Below the pieces are notes generated by a model. That model searched no databases. It had not been told where the DNA came from and saw nothing but the letters and a program-made list of their open reading frames with translations. Positions 20,769 through 32,600 of a DNA stretch of 64,000 nt are shown here, in pieces; the stretch's first letter is position 1, and every line of letters begins with the position of its first letter. A program made the position numbers and the translations under genes. Source of the stretch: Clostridia bacterium (GTDB lineage Bacteria; Bacillota; Clostridia; Christensenellales; QALW01); the NCBI GenBank assembly GCA_045600705.1, contig JAZRYL010000042.1, forward strand, positions 45,507 through 109,506, written 5' to 3'.

Positions 20769-22181
20769 ATGAGTTTTATTACTATTGTACGAGCATTTAT
20801 ATCATTCTTTAACTATTTCTGTATGGCATTTACATTGCTGCTCAGCGTGATATATATTGTTCAGTTGATAATTTCATTATTTTCCGTAACGAAAAACGAC
20901 AAATACCGTCAGTCCAACGACTTCGGACGGTACGTTGACAGTGAAAATATTCTTCCTATTTCGCTTCTTATACCTGCGTATAACGAACAGGAAAATATCG
21001 TGCAGAACATTAAATCGCTTATGACCATTGACTATCCCGAATTTGAAATATGCGTTGTAAACGACGGTTCTACGGACAGAACTCACGACCTTATCGTTGA
21101 GGCGTTCCACCTTTATAAAATTGAATCTTCCTTTAAGACCTCCATACCCACGCAGGAGGTTCGAGGCATTTATTACAATACCGAATATCCCAACCTTATC
21201 TACGTTGATAAGGAAAACGGCGGTAAATCCGATGCTCTTAATGCAGGAATAAACGTTTCATCGTATCCGCTGTTCGCCTGCCTTGATGCGGACTCCCGTA
21301 TCGAGCCGGACGCTCTGCTTAAACTTTCAACGGAATTCTTGAAAAACTCCGATACTATCGTTGCCGGCGGACTTGTTCGTATTGCCAACGGCTTCAAAAT
21401 CAAGGACGGCGTAGTCAGCGAATTTACAATGCCGCCCAAAATGGTTGAACGTTTCCAAATCGTTGAATATTACCGTTCTTTCCTTTCGGGAAGAGTAGGA
21501 TGGGGCGCCGCTAACGCAATGCTTATCGTTTCGGGCGCATTCGGTGTATTCAGAAAATCCTCCGTTATCGAGGTAGGCGGCTACAAGACGAATACCATCG
21601 GTGAGGATATGGAAATTGTCGTTCGTTTGCACAAATATTACAGAAGTCACCATAAAAAATACAAGGTTATTTTCTGTGAAGACTCGGTTTGCTGGACTCA
21701 GGGCCCCATGTCAATGAAGGATATCCGAAGCCAGCGCCGTCGTTGGCAGATAGGTCTGCTTGATACACTTTTAACACACAAAACAATGTTCTTTAACATC
21801 CGCTACGGCATTGTAGGTTTGCTTGCAATTCCGTACAACTGGATATTCGAGCTTCTCGGCGCCGTTATCGAGGTTTTGGGTTATGCGCTCATACCGTTCT
21901 CGCTGATAATGGGCGAATTGAATATGTTCTTCTTCATAATTTACTTCCTGCTTGCGGTGCTTTTGGGTATTATCCTTTCAATGGGAAGTCTTGTTCTTGA
22001 ACAGTTCACGAGAAAATCCATTATGACCGCAAAACAGTGCCTTATGCTTTCAATCTATACGATTCTTGAAAACTTCGGCTACCGTCAAGCGATTACAATT
22101 TTCCGTGTTGAGGGAATACTTAAATACCGTAAACTTCGCAGAACGTGGGGTAAGATTCAAAGAAAGGGTATTGAACAATGA
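20769..22181 (+). CDS. Family-2 processive beta-glycosyltransferase (synthase-type; PgaC/IcaA/BcsA/NodC-like).
   Basis: N-terminal TM, then LLIPAYNEQENI...VVNDGSTDRT, GGKSDALNAG, DADS (DxD), and the QxxRW motif SQRRRWQIG, followed by a C-terminal TM bundle. No PilZ domain is present. Confidence 0.8.
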   Translation: MSFITIVRAFISFFNYFCMAFTLLLSVIYIVQLIISLFSVTKNDKYRQSNDFGRYVDSENILPISLLIPAYNEQENIVQNIKSLMTIDYPEFEICVVNDGSTDRTHDLIVEAFHLYKIESSFKTSIPTQEVRGIYYNTEYPNLIYVDKENGGKSDALNAGINVSSYPLFACLDADSRIEPDALLKLSTEFLKNSDTIVAGGLVRIANGFKIKDGVVSEFTMPPKMVERFQIVEYYRSFLSGRVGWGAANAMLIVSGAFGVFRKSSVIEVGGYKTNTIGEDMEIVVRLHKYYRSHHKKYKVIFCEDSVCWTQGPMSMKDIRSQRRRWQIGLLDTLLTHKTMFFNIRYGIVGLLAIPYNWIFELLGAVIEVLGYALIPFSLIMGELNMFFFIIYFLLAVLLGIILSMGSLVLEQFTRKSIMTAKQCLMLSIYTILENFGYRQAITIFRVEGILKYRKLRRTWGKIQRKGIEQ

Positions 22182-24403
22182 AAAAAATTGCAATTTCAGT
22201 TATCGCAACTCTTTTGGTACTCGTATTTCTTGCCCAAATCGGCGTTCTTGAAAGATTCGGAATTCACGGAATTTCCGTTTTCACCAAGAAAAAAGAAGAC
22301 ACTTCTTCTTCGTCGTCGGAAAATACCGCAGAAACATATATTGATTCCACTACAAATGTAAGTTACCGCTTCAAAACAAAGGGTGACTACTTCTATCAGT
22401 ATGTGGACGGCGATTGGGAACAGCTTTTTATGCGCGGCGTAAACATCGGTGCTACCGAACCCGCTTTGTTCCCCGGTGACCTTACCATTTCCTACGACAG
22501 TTATCTTCGCTGGTTCGGCTATATCAGCGAAATGAACGCAAACTGCGTTCGAATTTACACGCTTATGCCTCCGCAGTTCTATCAGGCATTGGCGGATTTT
22601 AACAAAAGTACAAAAAAGAACGTTTACCTTTTCCAAGGAATTTGGGTAAACGAAGAAGATATTGAACGTCTTTCCGATGCGTATGCGGAAAACGAAAAAA
22701 TTCTTAACGATTTCACCGCCGACGCAATAAACCTGGTGGACGTTATTCACGGCAACGCAAAAGTGGCGGAAAGCCCCGGTGAAGCATCGGGTACCTACAC
22801 CGCCGACGTTTCAAAATGGCTCGCAGGGTGGATTATCGGTATCGAATGGGACCCGAACTTCGTTATGAACACGGACCAGCAGCACCCGGACAAGAAAGAT
22901 TTTGACGGTGAGTATCTGTACACACAGACCGCCTCACCTTTCGAAGCGTTCCTTTGTCGAGTGGGCAATTCAATGATAAAGTACGAAACGGATACCTATA
23001 ATTTCCAAACTCCGCTTGCTTTCACAAACTGGATTACTACCGACCCGCTTACACACCCCAACGAACCCCACTTCGATGAGGATAAGGCAACGGTAAATAC
23101 AGAAAACGTTAAGTACAGAGATTTTGGACCCGGTATGTTTGCTTCGTACCACATTTACCCGTACTATCCCGACAGTCTTAACTATCAGACAGACTATCTT
23201 CAGTACATTGACGAGGACGGCAACGTAAACACCTACCTTGCTTATCTTGAAGACCTTAAGCTTGCACACACTATGCCTATCATCGTTGCCGAATTCGGTA
23301 TTCCCACCTCACGAGGCTTGGGCCATAAGAGTGTTATGGGTTACGACCAGGGCGGCGTTGATGAGATGGACCAAGGCGAAATGATTATAAATATGCTCAG
23401 GTATATTGAAGATACTAAATATGCGGGAGCAATTATTTTCACATGGCAGGATGAATGGTTTAAGAGAACGTGGAACAACGTTATGTACGATATCGCTGAC
23501 CGCCGTCCTTTCTGGACGAACATTCAGACAACGGAACAGTGCTTCGGCGTAATGGCATTCGACCCCGGTCAGGAAAAGTGCGTTTGCTACGTTGACGGCG
23601 AAACAAACGATTGGAATTCATTTTCACCTGTGGTTTCAACGTCGCAGGGCGACCTTTATGTTACAAGCGACGAAAGATACGTGTATTTTATGGTGGATGC
23701 CAAGGACTACGACTTCGAAAACGATACGCTTGTCATTCCCGTAAACACCATTGCAGACCAGGGAAACAGTGCGGCAACCGCTTACGGTGCACAGTTCGAC
23801 AAGGATGCCGACTTCCTTATTTACATCAACGGCAAGGAAGATTCCCATATCTTCGTTGACAGATATTACGATGCTTTCAACTACTATTTCCTTAACTCCA
23901 AAAAGCTCAGCGATATTCCCGAGGAAGAAAATGCCAACGTTAAAAACAGCGGTAATTTCGACATTATGCGCCTCTGCTACGGCTATAACCTTACCGTAAA
24001 GGGAACGGGCGAGGTGGTTACCGATAAGGCTTACGAAACGGGCAAACTTCTTTTCGGAAACGGCAATCCCGATGCGGAAAATTACAGGTCGTTAAGTGAT
24101 TTCTGCTACAAAAACGGCAAACTTGAAATAAGAATTCCGTGGCAGCTTCTTAACATTATGGACCCGTCGGGCAAAAAGCAGATTTCCGATTTCTGGCAGA
24201 CGCAGGTTATTTCGCCCCAGGATTACACGGAATTCAATATGGGCTTTGGGTACAGAAGCAACACAAGCACCGATACGCTTCAGGTTTCCCTTTCCGGCTC
24301 CTACGACTACAAAGCGTGGAATATGCCCACGTGGCACGAGCGTCTTAAACCTGCATATTATCAGTTGCAGGAATATCTTTCAAAATTCGTGGAGGAACAA
24401 TGA
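22178..24403 (+). CDS. Secreted or membrane-anchored clan GH-A-like TIM-barrel protein (putative glycoside hydrolase of unknown family), 741 aa.
   Basis: Its start overlaps the stop of the upstream gene (ATGA), and it has an N-terminal TM or signal. MNANCVRIYT resembles the clan-A GFNAVRIP motif. IIVAEFGIPTSRG looks like a clan-A nucleophile motif (xxxxEFG). Conserved C-terminal motif LEIRIPWQLLNIMDPSG. Confidence 0.5.
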   Translation: MKKIAISVIATLLVLVFLAQIGVLERFGIHGISVFTKKKEDTSSSSSENTAETYIDSTTNVSYRFKTKGDYFYQYVDGDWEQLFMRGVNIGATEPALFPGDLTISYDSYLRWFGYISEMNANCVRIYTLMPPQFYQALADFNKSTKKNVYLFQGIWVNEEDIERLSDAYAENEKILNDFTADAINLVDVIHGNAKVAESPGEASGTYTADVSKWLAGWIIGIEWDPNFVMNTDQQHPDKKDFDGEYLYTQTASPFEAFLCRVGNSMIKYETDTYNFQTPLAFTNWITTDPLTHPNEPHFDEDKATVNTENVKYRDFGPGMFASYHIYPYYPDSLNYQTDYLQYIDEDGNVNTYLAYLEDLKLAHTMPIIVAEFGIPTSRGLGHKSVMGYDQGGVDEMDQGEMIINMLRYIEDTKYAGAIIFTWQDEWFKRTWNNVMYDIADRRPFWTNIQTTEQCFGVMAFDPGQEKCVCYVDGETNDWNSFSPVVSTSQGDLYVTSDERYVYFMVDAKDYDFENDTLVIPVNTIADQGNSAATAYGAQFDKDADFLIYINGKEDSHIFVDRYYDAFNYYFLNSKKLSDIPEEENANVKNSGNFDIMRLCYGYNLTVKGTGEVVTDKAYETGKLLFGNGNPDAENYRSLSDFCYKNGKLEIRIPWQLLNIMDPSGKKQISDFWQTQVISPQDYTEFNMGFGYRSNTSTDTLQVSLSGSYDYKAWNMPTWHERLKPAYYQLQEYLSKFVEEQ

Positions 24404-26559
24404 AAAAACTGATTTCGGCTTTGCTTGCGGCTCTTGTGATTTTATCGGCAACGGGCTGCAACAGTCCGCTTGTTAATCCGGATGAAAAAAAGAATAACAA
24501 CGGTAATTATCCCTCGCCGGAATCGTCGGTCGCAGCACCTAACGGCTACGGTGTCGATTTTGATTTTTTCACACATTCCAACGGATATTTCTACAAAAAC
24601 GGTGAGAATACGGAACTTACCTACATTCGAGGCGTGAATATGGGACTTTCCGAAGCCACCACGGATTTGGCAAATCCCGATATCACCTACGATACGTTCA
24701 GCGAATGGTTCTCGCAAATCAAGGAAATGAACGCCAATACGGTGCGTGTCTTTTCCGTTATGAACCCGGATTTCTATAATGCGCTTTACGATTTCAACAA
24801 GGAACATTCCGATTCTCCGCTTTACCTTATTCAGGGAATATGGTTTTCCGAGGACCTTATGTACGAACTGACCGATGCTCTGGAAAGCGATGAAATTCTT
24901 ATTTCCGCGTTCAAGCGCTCTGTTACTGAAACAATCGACATTGTTCACGGAAACAGCAACTATACCACCTACGGCAAAATTTCGCCGGCTATTTACAAAA
25001 AAGACGTTTCAAAGTATTGCATAGGCTATATTCTCGGCCTTGAATATCCTGCCGAATTCGTTATTGAAACGAATGCTTCGCACCCGGATAAAAAGGAATT
25101 TTCGGGAACATATCTTTATACCGACACCGGCGCATCGCCGTTTGAATATTTTCTGTGCGACGTTGGCGAAACGCTTATCGCATACGAAACAGACAATTAT
25201 TCCCACCAGACACCCATTGCGTTTCTTAACTGGCAGACGCTTGACACCATAAGACATTCCAACGAGCCCTTTGTGGACGAGGAAGATGCGGTCAGCGTAA
25301 ATACCGAAAATATTATGAAAACGTCAATGTACGTTCCAGGACTTTTTGCCGCAGTAGATATTTACCCCTATTACCCGGAATTTATGAATCACCAAGGCGA
25401 ATATCTTGAATACCGTGACGAAAACGGCAACAGTGACACTTACAGAGCGTATCTTAATGACCTTAAAAAGCAGTATTCCGTGCCGGTTCTTGTTGCCGAA
25501 TACGGACTTCCCACATCAAGAGCCGTTGCACATCTTTCGGTTAACGGCTACAATCAAGGCGGATTGACCGAGCAGGAGCAGGGCGAATACTGCGCACAAA
25601 TGACAAGAAGCATTGCGCTTGAAGGCTATTGCGGCGGACTTCTTTTCTCGTGGCAGGACGAATGGTTCAAAAGAACGTGGAATACCACAATGTACTATCC
25701 CGAAAATCCCTCGGAAAGAACGCACAATCTGTCCTCCGCCGAGCAGAGTTACGGAATTGTAAGTTATGACGTTTCAAAATACTATCCCGACGGTGATTTT
25801 TCTGAATGGACTGATTTGGATTTCATTCAAAACACCAACGTAAAGGTTCGCTACGATGCGGAATATATGCACGTCTACGTGGAACTTCCGTCGAATTTCA
25901 ATTTTGAAAAGGATAAATACTACGTTCCCATCTCGGTTTTGGGCGCAGGAAGCACCGAATGTAAAGATAAAAATCTTTCGTTTGATAAAAATTGCGATTT
26001 CCTGCTTGAAATAAACGGCGAACAAAATACCCGAATACTGTGCGACGAATACGTGGATTTGTTCAAATTCAAGTATTACGTGCAGAAAAACGTGTTCGGA
26101 AACGTGGCAAGCCTTGCGGATAATACCGGCAAATACAACAAAATTCAGATGATTGTTGCAAACGAAATGTACTTGCCCGACGATGACAAAACTATTCCTC
26201 CTCAGTCCTACGAAACGGGACTTCTCAGATACGGCATCGCCAATCCCGATTCGGAACAGTTTAATTCTCAGGCAGATTTCTATTATAAGGACGGCGAGGT
26301 GGAAATTCGCATTGCGTGGCACTTGCTTAACGTTGCGAATGCTCGGCTGAGTATGTGCATTGACAAGTTCACCGGCGATGAAGTCACTTTCACGGGCTTT
26401 AAGGACATTTATATCGGCAGCGGCACAAGCGGCGAAATATCGTTAAATCCCACATACTTCGAAGCGCCTAAGTTCGTTAAGGTGAAAAAACGTCTTAAAG
26501 CTTCATATAAATATATGAAAGACGCCTTTGCCGAACTGAAAGAAAATATCAGCAACTGA
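24400..26559 (+). CDS. Lipoprotein paralog of the previous GH-A-like protein, 719 aa.
   Basis: Start overlaps the stop of the upstream gene. Lipobox LSATGC. About 40-45% identity to the 22178 product over its length (IQGIWFSEDLMYELTDALESDEIL...; VLVAEYGLPTSRA; VEIRIAWHLLNVAN). Confidence 0.5.
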   Translation: MKKLISALLAALVILSATGCNSPLVNPDEKKNNNGNYPSPESSVAAPNGYGVDFDFFTHSNGYFYKNGENTELTYIRGVNMGLSEATTDLANPDITYDTFSEWFSQIKEMNANTVRVFSVMNPDFYNALYDFNKEHSDSPLYLIQGIWFSEDLMYELTDALESDEILISAFKRSVTETIDIVHGNSNYTTYGKISPAIYKKDVSKYCIGYILGLEYPAEFVIETNASHPDKKEFSGTYLYTDTGASPFEYFLCDVGETLIAYETDNYSHQTPIAFLNWQTLDTIRHSNEPFVDEEDAVSVNTENIMKTSMYVPGLFAAVDIYPYYPEFMNHQGEYLEYRDENGNSDTYRAYLNDLKKQYSVPVLVAEYGLPTSRAVAHLSVNGYNQGGLTEQEQGEYCAQMTRSIALEGYCGGLLFSWQDEWFKRTWNTTMYYPENPSERTHNLSSAEQSYGIVSYDVSKYYPDGDFSEWTDLDFIQNTNVKVRYDAEYMHVYVELPSNFNFEKDKYYVPISVLGAGSTECKDKNLSFDKNCDFLLEINGEQNTRILCDEYVDLFKFKYYVQKNVFGNVASLADNTGKYNKIQMIVANEMYLPDDDKTIPPQSYETGLLRYGIANPDSEQFNSQADFYYKDGEVEIRIAWHLLNVANARLSMCIDKFTGDEVTFTGFKDIYIGSGTSGEISLNPTYFEAPKFVKVKKRLKASYKYMKDAFAELKENISN

Positions 26560-26590
26560 AAAATTTCACGATAACAGTAAAATAATAAAT

Positions 26591-26630
26591 CAGCCCCCTG
26601 CGGATTGAACGCAGGGGGCTTTGCTGTTTT
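26591..26630. terminator. Bidirectional rho-independent terminator between convergent genes.
   Basis: An 11-bp GC-rich stem agccccctgcg / cgcagggggct flanked by an A-rich 5' side and ttgctgtttt on the 3' side. Confidence 0.7.
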
Positions 26631-26648
26631 AGATTACTGTTAATTTGA

Positions 26649-29600
26649 TTAGTCTGCTGTGTATTCAACAGTGGAAGCGGTTTTATATGCACATCCTGCA
26701 AGGTTGGCGGTAACTGTTTCGTCGTTCAAACAAGATACTGACATTGTTCCGCTGAACGTTGTGCCGGCGAACATATATCTTATTCCCATTGTATCATACG
26801 ATACTTTTTCGCCTAAACTGTCGTATGCACCTGCGGTGAGCGATCCTACAAGATTTGAGAAATAGCATTCACGGGGAACTGTAAGTGTTATGACCGTTTC
26901 TTCACCGGGGGCAAGGTTTACGTTACATCTTGCAGAAGTGATGGGGGTAAGATTTTCATCGGCATAAGCCACGTGACCCCAGTTGTAATTCAGTGATACC
27001 CATGTAACAGTTGCCGTAGTGTTGTTCTTGATAAGAAGTTGAACTTCTTTTTCAGTTTCGCCGTCTTCAAAAACAAGATCGGAGAAAGGCAGACTTGATG
27101 CGTTAGCACCCGACGTGCTGACAATGTAAAGATTTTGTCCAGCAAGCGTGTAACGGGCACAAGCCGTGTTTTCACAGAAAAGGCACTGTGCATCGTTATA
27201 ATCAATGATGCTTTGGAGATTTTCGGGCAACAGAGTAGCACGGGTAACATTTTCGAATGTATCTTGTGCGCTCATTGAACCTGTTGCGGATAAGCCAACT
27301 GTTACGGCAGGGTCGTTAAGACAGGTAACGTACAGACTTCCGTCAGCGGTATTGCTAAATCCGAATTTAATTCCGAAATCTTTATAAGAAATCTGCTCGC
27401 CTAAACTGTCGTACGCACCTTGAGTGAGCTGCCCCGGCTGATTTGAGAAATAACACATTTTGGGAACGGTCAATTCGATAACCGCATATTCACCGGGGAG
27501 AATACGTTCTGATGAGTACGTGCCGGATATACGGACAAGTTGGTCAGCAGAGGGATATGCCAAATATCCCCAGTTATAGCAAAGGGTGGCTCCCGTAAGA
27601 GTTGCATTTGTGTCGTTGTAAACAAGGAAGCGGTAAAGTTTACTGTCTTCGTTACCCATATCTGAGAATTTGAATGGTGTAACTCTGCTTGAACCGGATT
27701 TTGATACAACGTAATTTCTTGTTCCTGCAAGAGTAATCTTGGCAACATCCACGTTGTGGTGACCCGTGGCGGGAAGTGAAACAATGTTTTCTGTTACTCC
27801 TTCGCAATGGACACATTTGTCACCGTATCTAAAACCGTCAATGCAATCGGCAATGCTTCTTGTTCCGATATAGCCAATCCGTTCAAGTTCTTGAACAAGG
27901 TCTTCGGGTACTGAGAGTTTATTCGATATCAGGCTTGCATTAACATGTCTGCCGCCGTTGGCACCGGCCTGCGATAATGCATAATTGAGTGTGGCTTCGT
28001 TAAGTCCGGAAACGTAAAGAGTGCCGTCGTTTACTGCACCGTCAAACATAAACCTTAATCCTACGGAATGATAGTCAATAAGTTGACCTAAACTGTCAGA
28101 ACTTCCGTCTGTTGCGTTGTTGCGCAAATTGGAGTAAATTGCTTGGCGGGGCAAGGTAAGAGTGATTTCAATTCCCTGGCCGGGCATAAGCTCAAGTGAT
28201 TTGGCCGTATTGGGAATACGTGTAAGATTGTCAGCATCGGGATAAGCATAGAAGCCCCAATTATAGTTAAGCGTAACGCTTGTAAGTTTTTTGTTTGTGC
28301 CGTTGTACAGATACAAGTGAATTTCTTTTTCGTTTTCATCACCCATATCCACGAACTTAAAGGGTGAATATTCAACTCCGGGACGGGTAACTAAGTATGA
28401 ACCGTTAATGTCGTTAAAACCAACGGTTTCAAATGACTTGTGACTGAGTGCCGGAACAATAGTATCACTTGTGATGCGGCCGCATCGTGTGCAGGCGGAA
28501 ATTTCAAATCCATCAGCGTCGCAGGTGGGTGCAATGTAGGAAGTAACCTTATCGTTATGACCGAGGGAAGCAATCCTCTCCGTTTTAGTAGCGTTACAAC
28601 GGGTGCAGGCAAAATATTTTGTTCCTTCTGCTTCGCAGGTAGCGGGAGCGGTGGAGGTAAGAACAAAATCATGACCTAATGCGCTATGCATCGTCTGACC
28701 GCAGATTTCGCATACCTGAGCGGTAAGGCAAGTTGCTTCAGCACCGGGCGTATGCGCACCGTAGTCTTCAAGGGCAGTTTGAGTCATTTCAGCGGAGCAG
28801 TGTACGCAAAGATTGGAAGAATGACCTTTGTGCATACAGTCGTGTTCAAAAAGTCCGATCTTTGAAAAACCGCAGGCGGTAAGTCCGTCATTGACATAGT
28901 TGGGAACTGCCGTGTTCTGCAACAGCGCAACGGGTTCGTCGTTGAAGCAAGCCGTTTTTGAAAGGCAGGCATTGATGTTTCCTGCTTCCACACCGTCGGA
29001 ATTTATGCAGGTAATGTAAACGTTTCCGGTGGCATTGCCGCCGCCGAACATAATACGAAGTCCCAAATCCTCATAGGAAACTATCTCGCCGTTGCTGTCG
29101 GTAGAACCGTCGGTAAGGTAGCCCGATTTATTGGACATTATGCAATTCTTGGGAACGGTCAGTGTAACTTGGATGCCGTTGTGAGGTGCAAGAGAGCCGT
29201 TCCAACAGGTGTTTGGAATACGTGTAAGTGTTCCGTTGGCAGGATAAGCGTAGTATCCCCAACGGTAGCCGAGTGAGAATGTTGTAATAGTCTTATCCGT
29301 ATCATTGAAGAGATAAAAACTTACTTGTTTGGAATCTCCGCTCATACTCATTGTCTTAAAGGGAGTGAGTTTATCTGCACCGGCATTTGTAACGACGTAA
29401 TAGTAAGCACCGTTTACGGAAATGCGAACAGTTTCTGTTTCGGCGTGATTCAAAGCACTGATGTTGTCGGTTTCAACGATTCGGCAGCGAGTACAGATGT
29501 GATCTACTTTTCCTGCTTCGGTGCAGGTAGCGGGAACAGAACTGTTTTCAAAATCGTGACCTAAAGCGTCATTGATGATAGCATGACAATTTCTGCAAAC

Positions 29601-32600
29601 TTGCGGTGCCGTGCAGGTTGCGTTAGCTCCGCCTTGATGCGGAAGCAGGGGTGAAGCGGTAAGTGAACCGGATATTATACTGTTGCAGTCCGCACAGTAG
29701 GTGTATGCGCCGTGACCGCGACGTGCGCAGGTGGAATTCATTGAACCAAATATAACGGTATTTGAATGTGCGCAGGAAGCATTGGCACGACAAACGTAAA
29801 GCGCCATATCGCAGGTTTCTTTTTCAGTAACATTCCACGTTCCGGAGGACGAGGCGGTGAAACTGCCGGCCGAATCAATTTGACCTGTAACGGGATTAAA
29901 CCATATATAATTATATGAAGCATTAGCTGTTAAGTGACCTAAAACACCGGTTTTTACAGCATTTTCGGGTGTTGCGTTAGGTGTTCTTGCAATAGTAGTA
30001 TCACTGAAATTGTAGAAGTAAACTACTGCCTTGCTTGAGTCATTCGCAGAAGCGCAAATGGGGAATACTCCGTTGTTTTCGGGCGTAAAGTATTCCGTAT
30101 AGTCAAAGCGAGGAACAAGGTCGTACCAATTTCCAACCAAGTTGGACATAAATTCGTGCAGATAGCCTAACTGATAAGTGCTTGGATATTCAAGTGAACT
30201 TTCCCACGTTGCGGCAACTTTATCTGCGGCGGTAATAATATCTACACCGTCGGTACTGTCTTCGTCTTCACCGTAGGAACTTAAATAGCACCATGTGTCC
30301 TGACCGCCCCATGCGGCACCGTACATTCCGCTGAGGTATGCCATCCAGCCCTGAACTCTTGCACCGAAATTTTTTGTCCAAAGGTAACAGTATTTTCCCT
30401 CGTAAAGAACTACCGGTTTACCTTGACCGTTCTGCCAATAATCCATAGGTGCAGTTTGATTTATTTTTACATTGTAACTTTGTGACCACTGTGAAGCATA
30501 CCAAGTATGCGCTGAACAGTCACGGAAAGCAGAATCTGAAGCGGCGGTACTGCCGGAATATTCCTGATGAGCGGTCAACGGATGCGAGTAGGCATCGTGA
30601 TGAGCGATACGTTCAGCAACATAAACGTAGGGGTTGTTTACGTATGACCATTCCATGTGACTGTTATATTCACTTCTATCCCAATAGAAGTCGTTGTCAA
30701 CCTCTTGACCGAGAGTCCAGAAAACGGGATAAGCACCGTAACGGGCAACCCAGTATCTTGAAATAAGGTCAAGTGCTTCTTTTGCCGAATCGGATAAATC
30801 GTACACGGTAACGTTTGAATGATTTTCGTTTGCTGTGCCTACGGGGGTATTTGACCATCCGCCGTTATTATTGATAAATGATTTCATATCCGACGGGAAG
30901 AAGAATTCCGCATTTGAATGGCACAATCCGTAGGAGGCGATTATGTCGAATTTTTCGTCATTAACGTGGAAACCGTCAATATCTTCTTGGGTGATGCCGT
31001 TTTTTGCATTGAAGCCTGCACCAATCGGTTCGGACTGAATAACGGTGAAGTTCTGCTGAACACGTTTTTTTACTACTGTTTTAATGTTTGAAACGGGTTC
31101 GGAGCCCATTCCCCAATGGGTATCGCCGAGATAGAAGAACGGTGTTCCGTCTGCATAGGTGAAATATTTTGTTGATCCGGTTTTTACGAATCCGTGACGG
31201 TAAATATCAAGAGTTCCTGCGTAAGGTGTGCAGATAACTGTTCCGGTCTGATTGTGAAGCCCCCCATCAAGGGTGTTTGAACAATCGGTGTAATAAGTCC
31301 ATGTTCCGGGTTCGGTGCAAACAAAACGGGCACGCCAAATATTGCTTCCGTCCCAGAATGCGGGAACGGTGTAGGTGACTGTTCCGTTTGTAAGGACAAG
31401 GTCGAGAGTTACGTCCTTATAGGGGTTCGAGTAAGTGTTTTTTGCAACAAAGACTGCCTCGTTGAGTGTCCATGTGGAAGCACGGCCTACTTCGTGAGCA
31501 TAGTCGCTGCCGTCGTCAATAAGAATAATGCGGAAATTGTCTATTTTTATATTTGTTACGTCGGCAGCAATCATGTGAAAACCGAATTTCCACCAACCCG
31601 AAGCGTTAACGTCGGCATCGGAAACGGTAAAAGTGTCTTCGTAAGAATACCACTGATTACCTGCCTTTGTGCCTGCACCCTTTAAGCCTCTGTAGTTTGT
31701 AAAATTACAGAAAGAATACTGTTTATCAGTACGGATAACGCAGGAGAAAGGCTGTTCGGCGGTAGTATTGTTCGCTTTGTAGTCAAATGAAATCTTATAT
31801 GTACCTGCACGGTCAATTCTTGTTTTAATATTTATTGCAGCGGTGTGGAATGAATAACTGCTTCCTGAATTTTTTGTAAATTTAAAACAGTTGCCGTCCT
31901 TGCCGTCAGCAGAAATGGCCGTTGTGACTGAACCGAATGATTCCGTCCACATAGTGTCGTTTACGTTTGAAACATTATCAAAGGAAGAAGAACTTTCGGG
32001 AATTATATTTGCCGATTCGGAAGCGATAACCTTTACATTGTCAATGTAAATTTCCGAAACGGAGTTGTGAATTTGATGTAAGCAAAGATCCCACTTATTT
32101 TTGGATGCAAAATCTGCTTCGGTGAAAGTGAGAGTAGCGGTGTATGTGTACCATACGCCCGATGAACCGAATTTTGCCTGAGACAGTTCACCGTAATAAT
32201 TATCACCGTAAAGTCTTGCAAATGAATACTGCTTGTCGGTACGAATAAGTACTGTGAACGGCTGACATTCGGATGAAGAGGTTACCGAGTAGTCGAACAG
32301 AAGTGTGTATGTACCGGGGTGATCTATATAAGGAGCAAGATTTAATGCGGCTGAAGCATACGATCCGCCGGAAGCGGGTTTTACCACTTTGAGGCATTTT
32401 CCGGGGTTGCCTAAATCAACTACCGACATGTTAGGCGAACCGTAGTGGTTACCCCAACCTGCATCGATAGGAGAAACTGCACTGTCAAAATTACTTGCTT
32501 TGTCCGGAATAATATTTCCGGCACGGCAGATAAGGCTGTTTTCTGTTGCCGATACATTAAGCGCAAGCATTGGAAATACAGACAGAATCATTGTAAGGCT

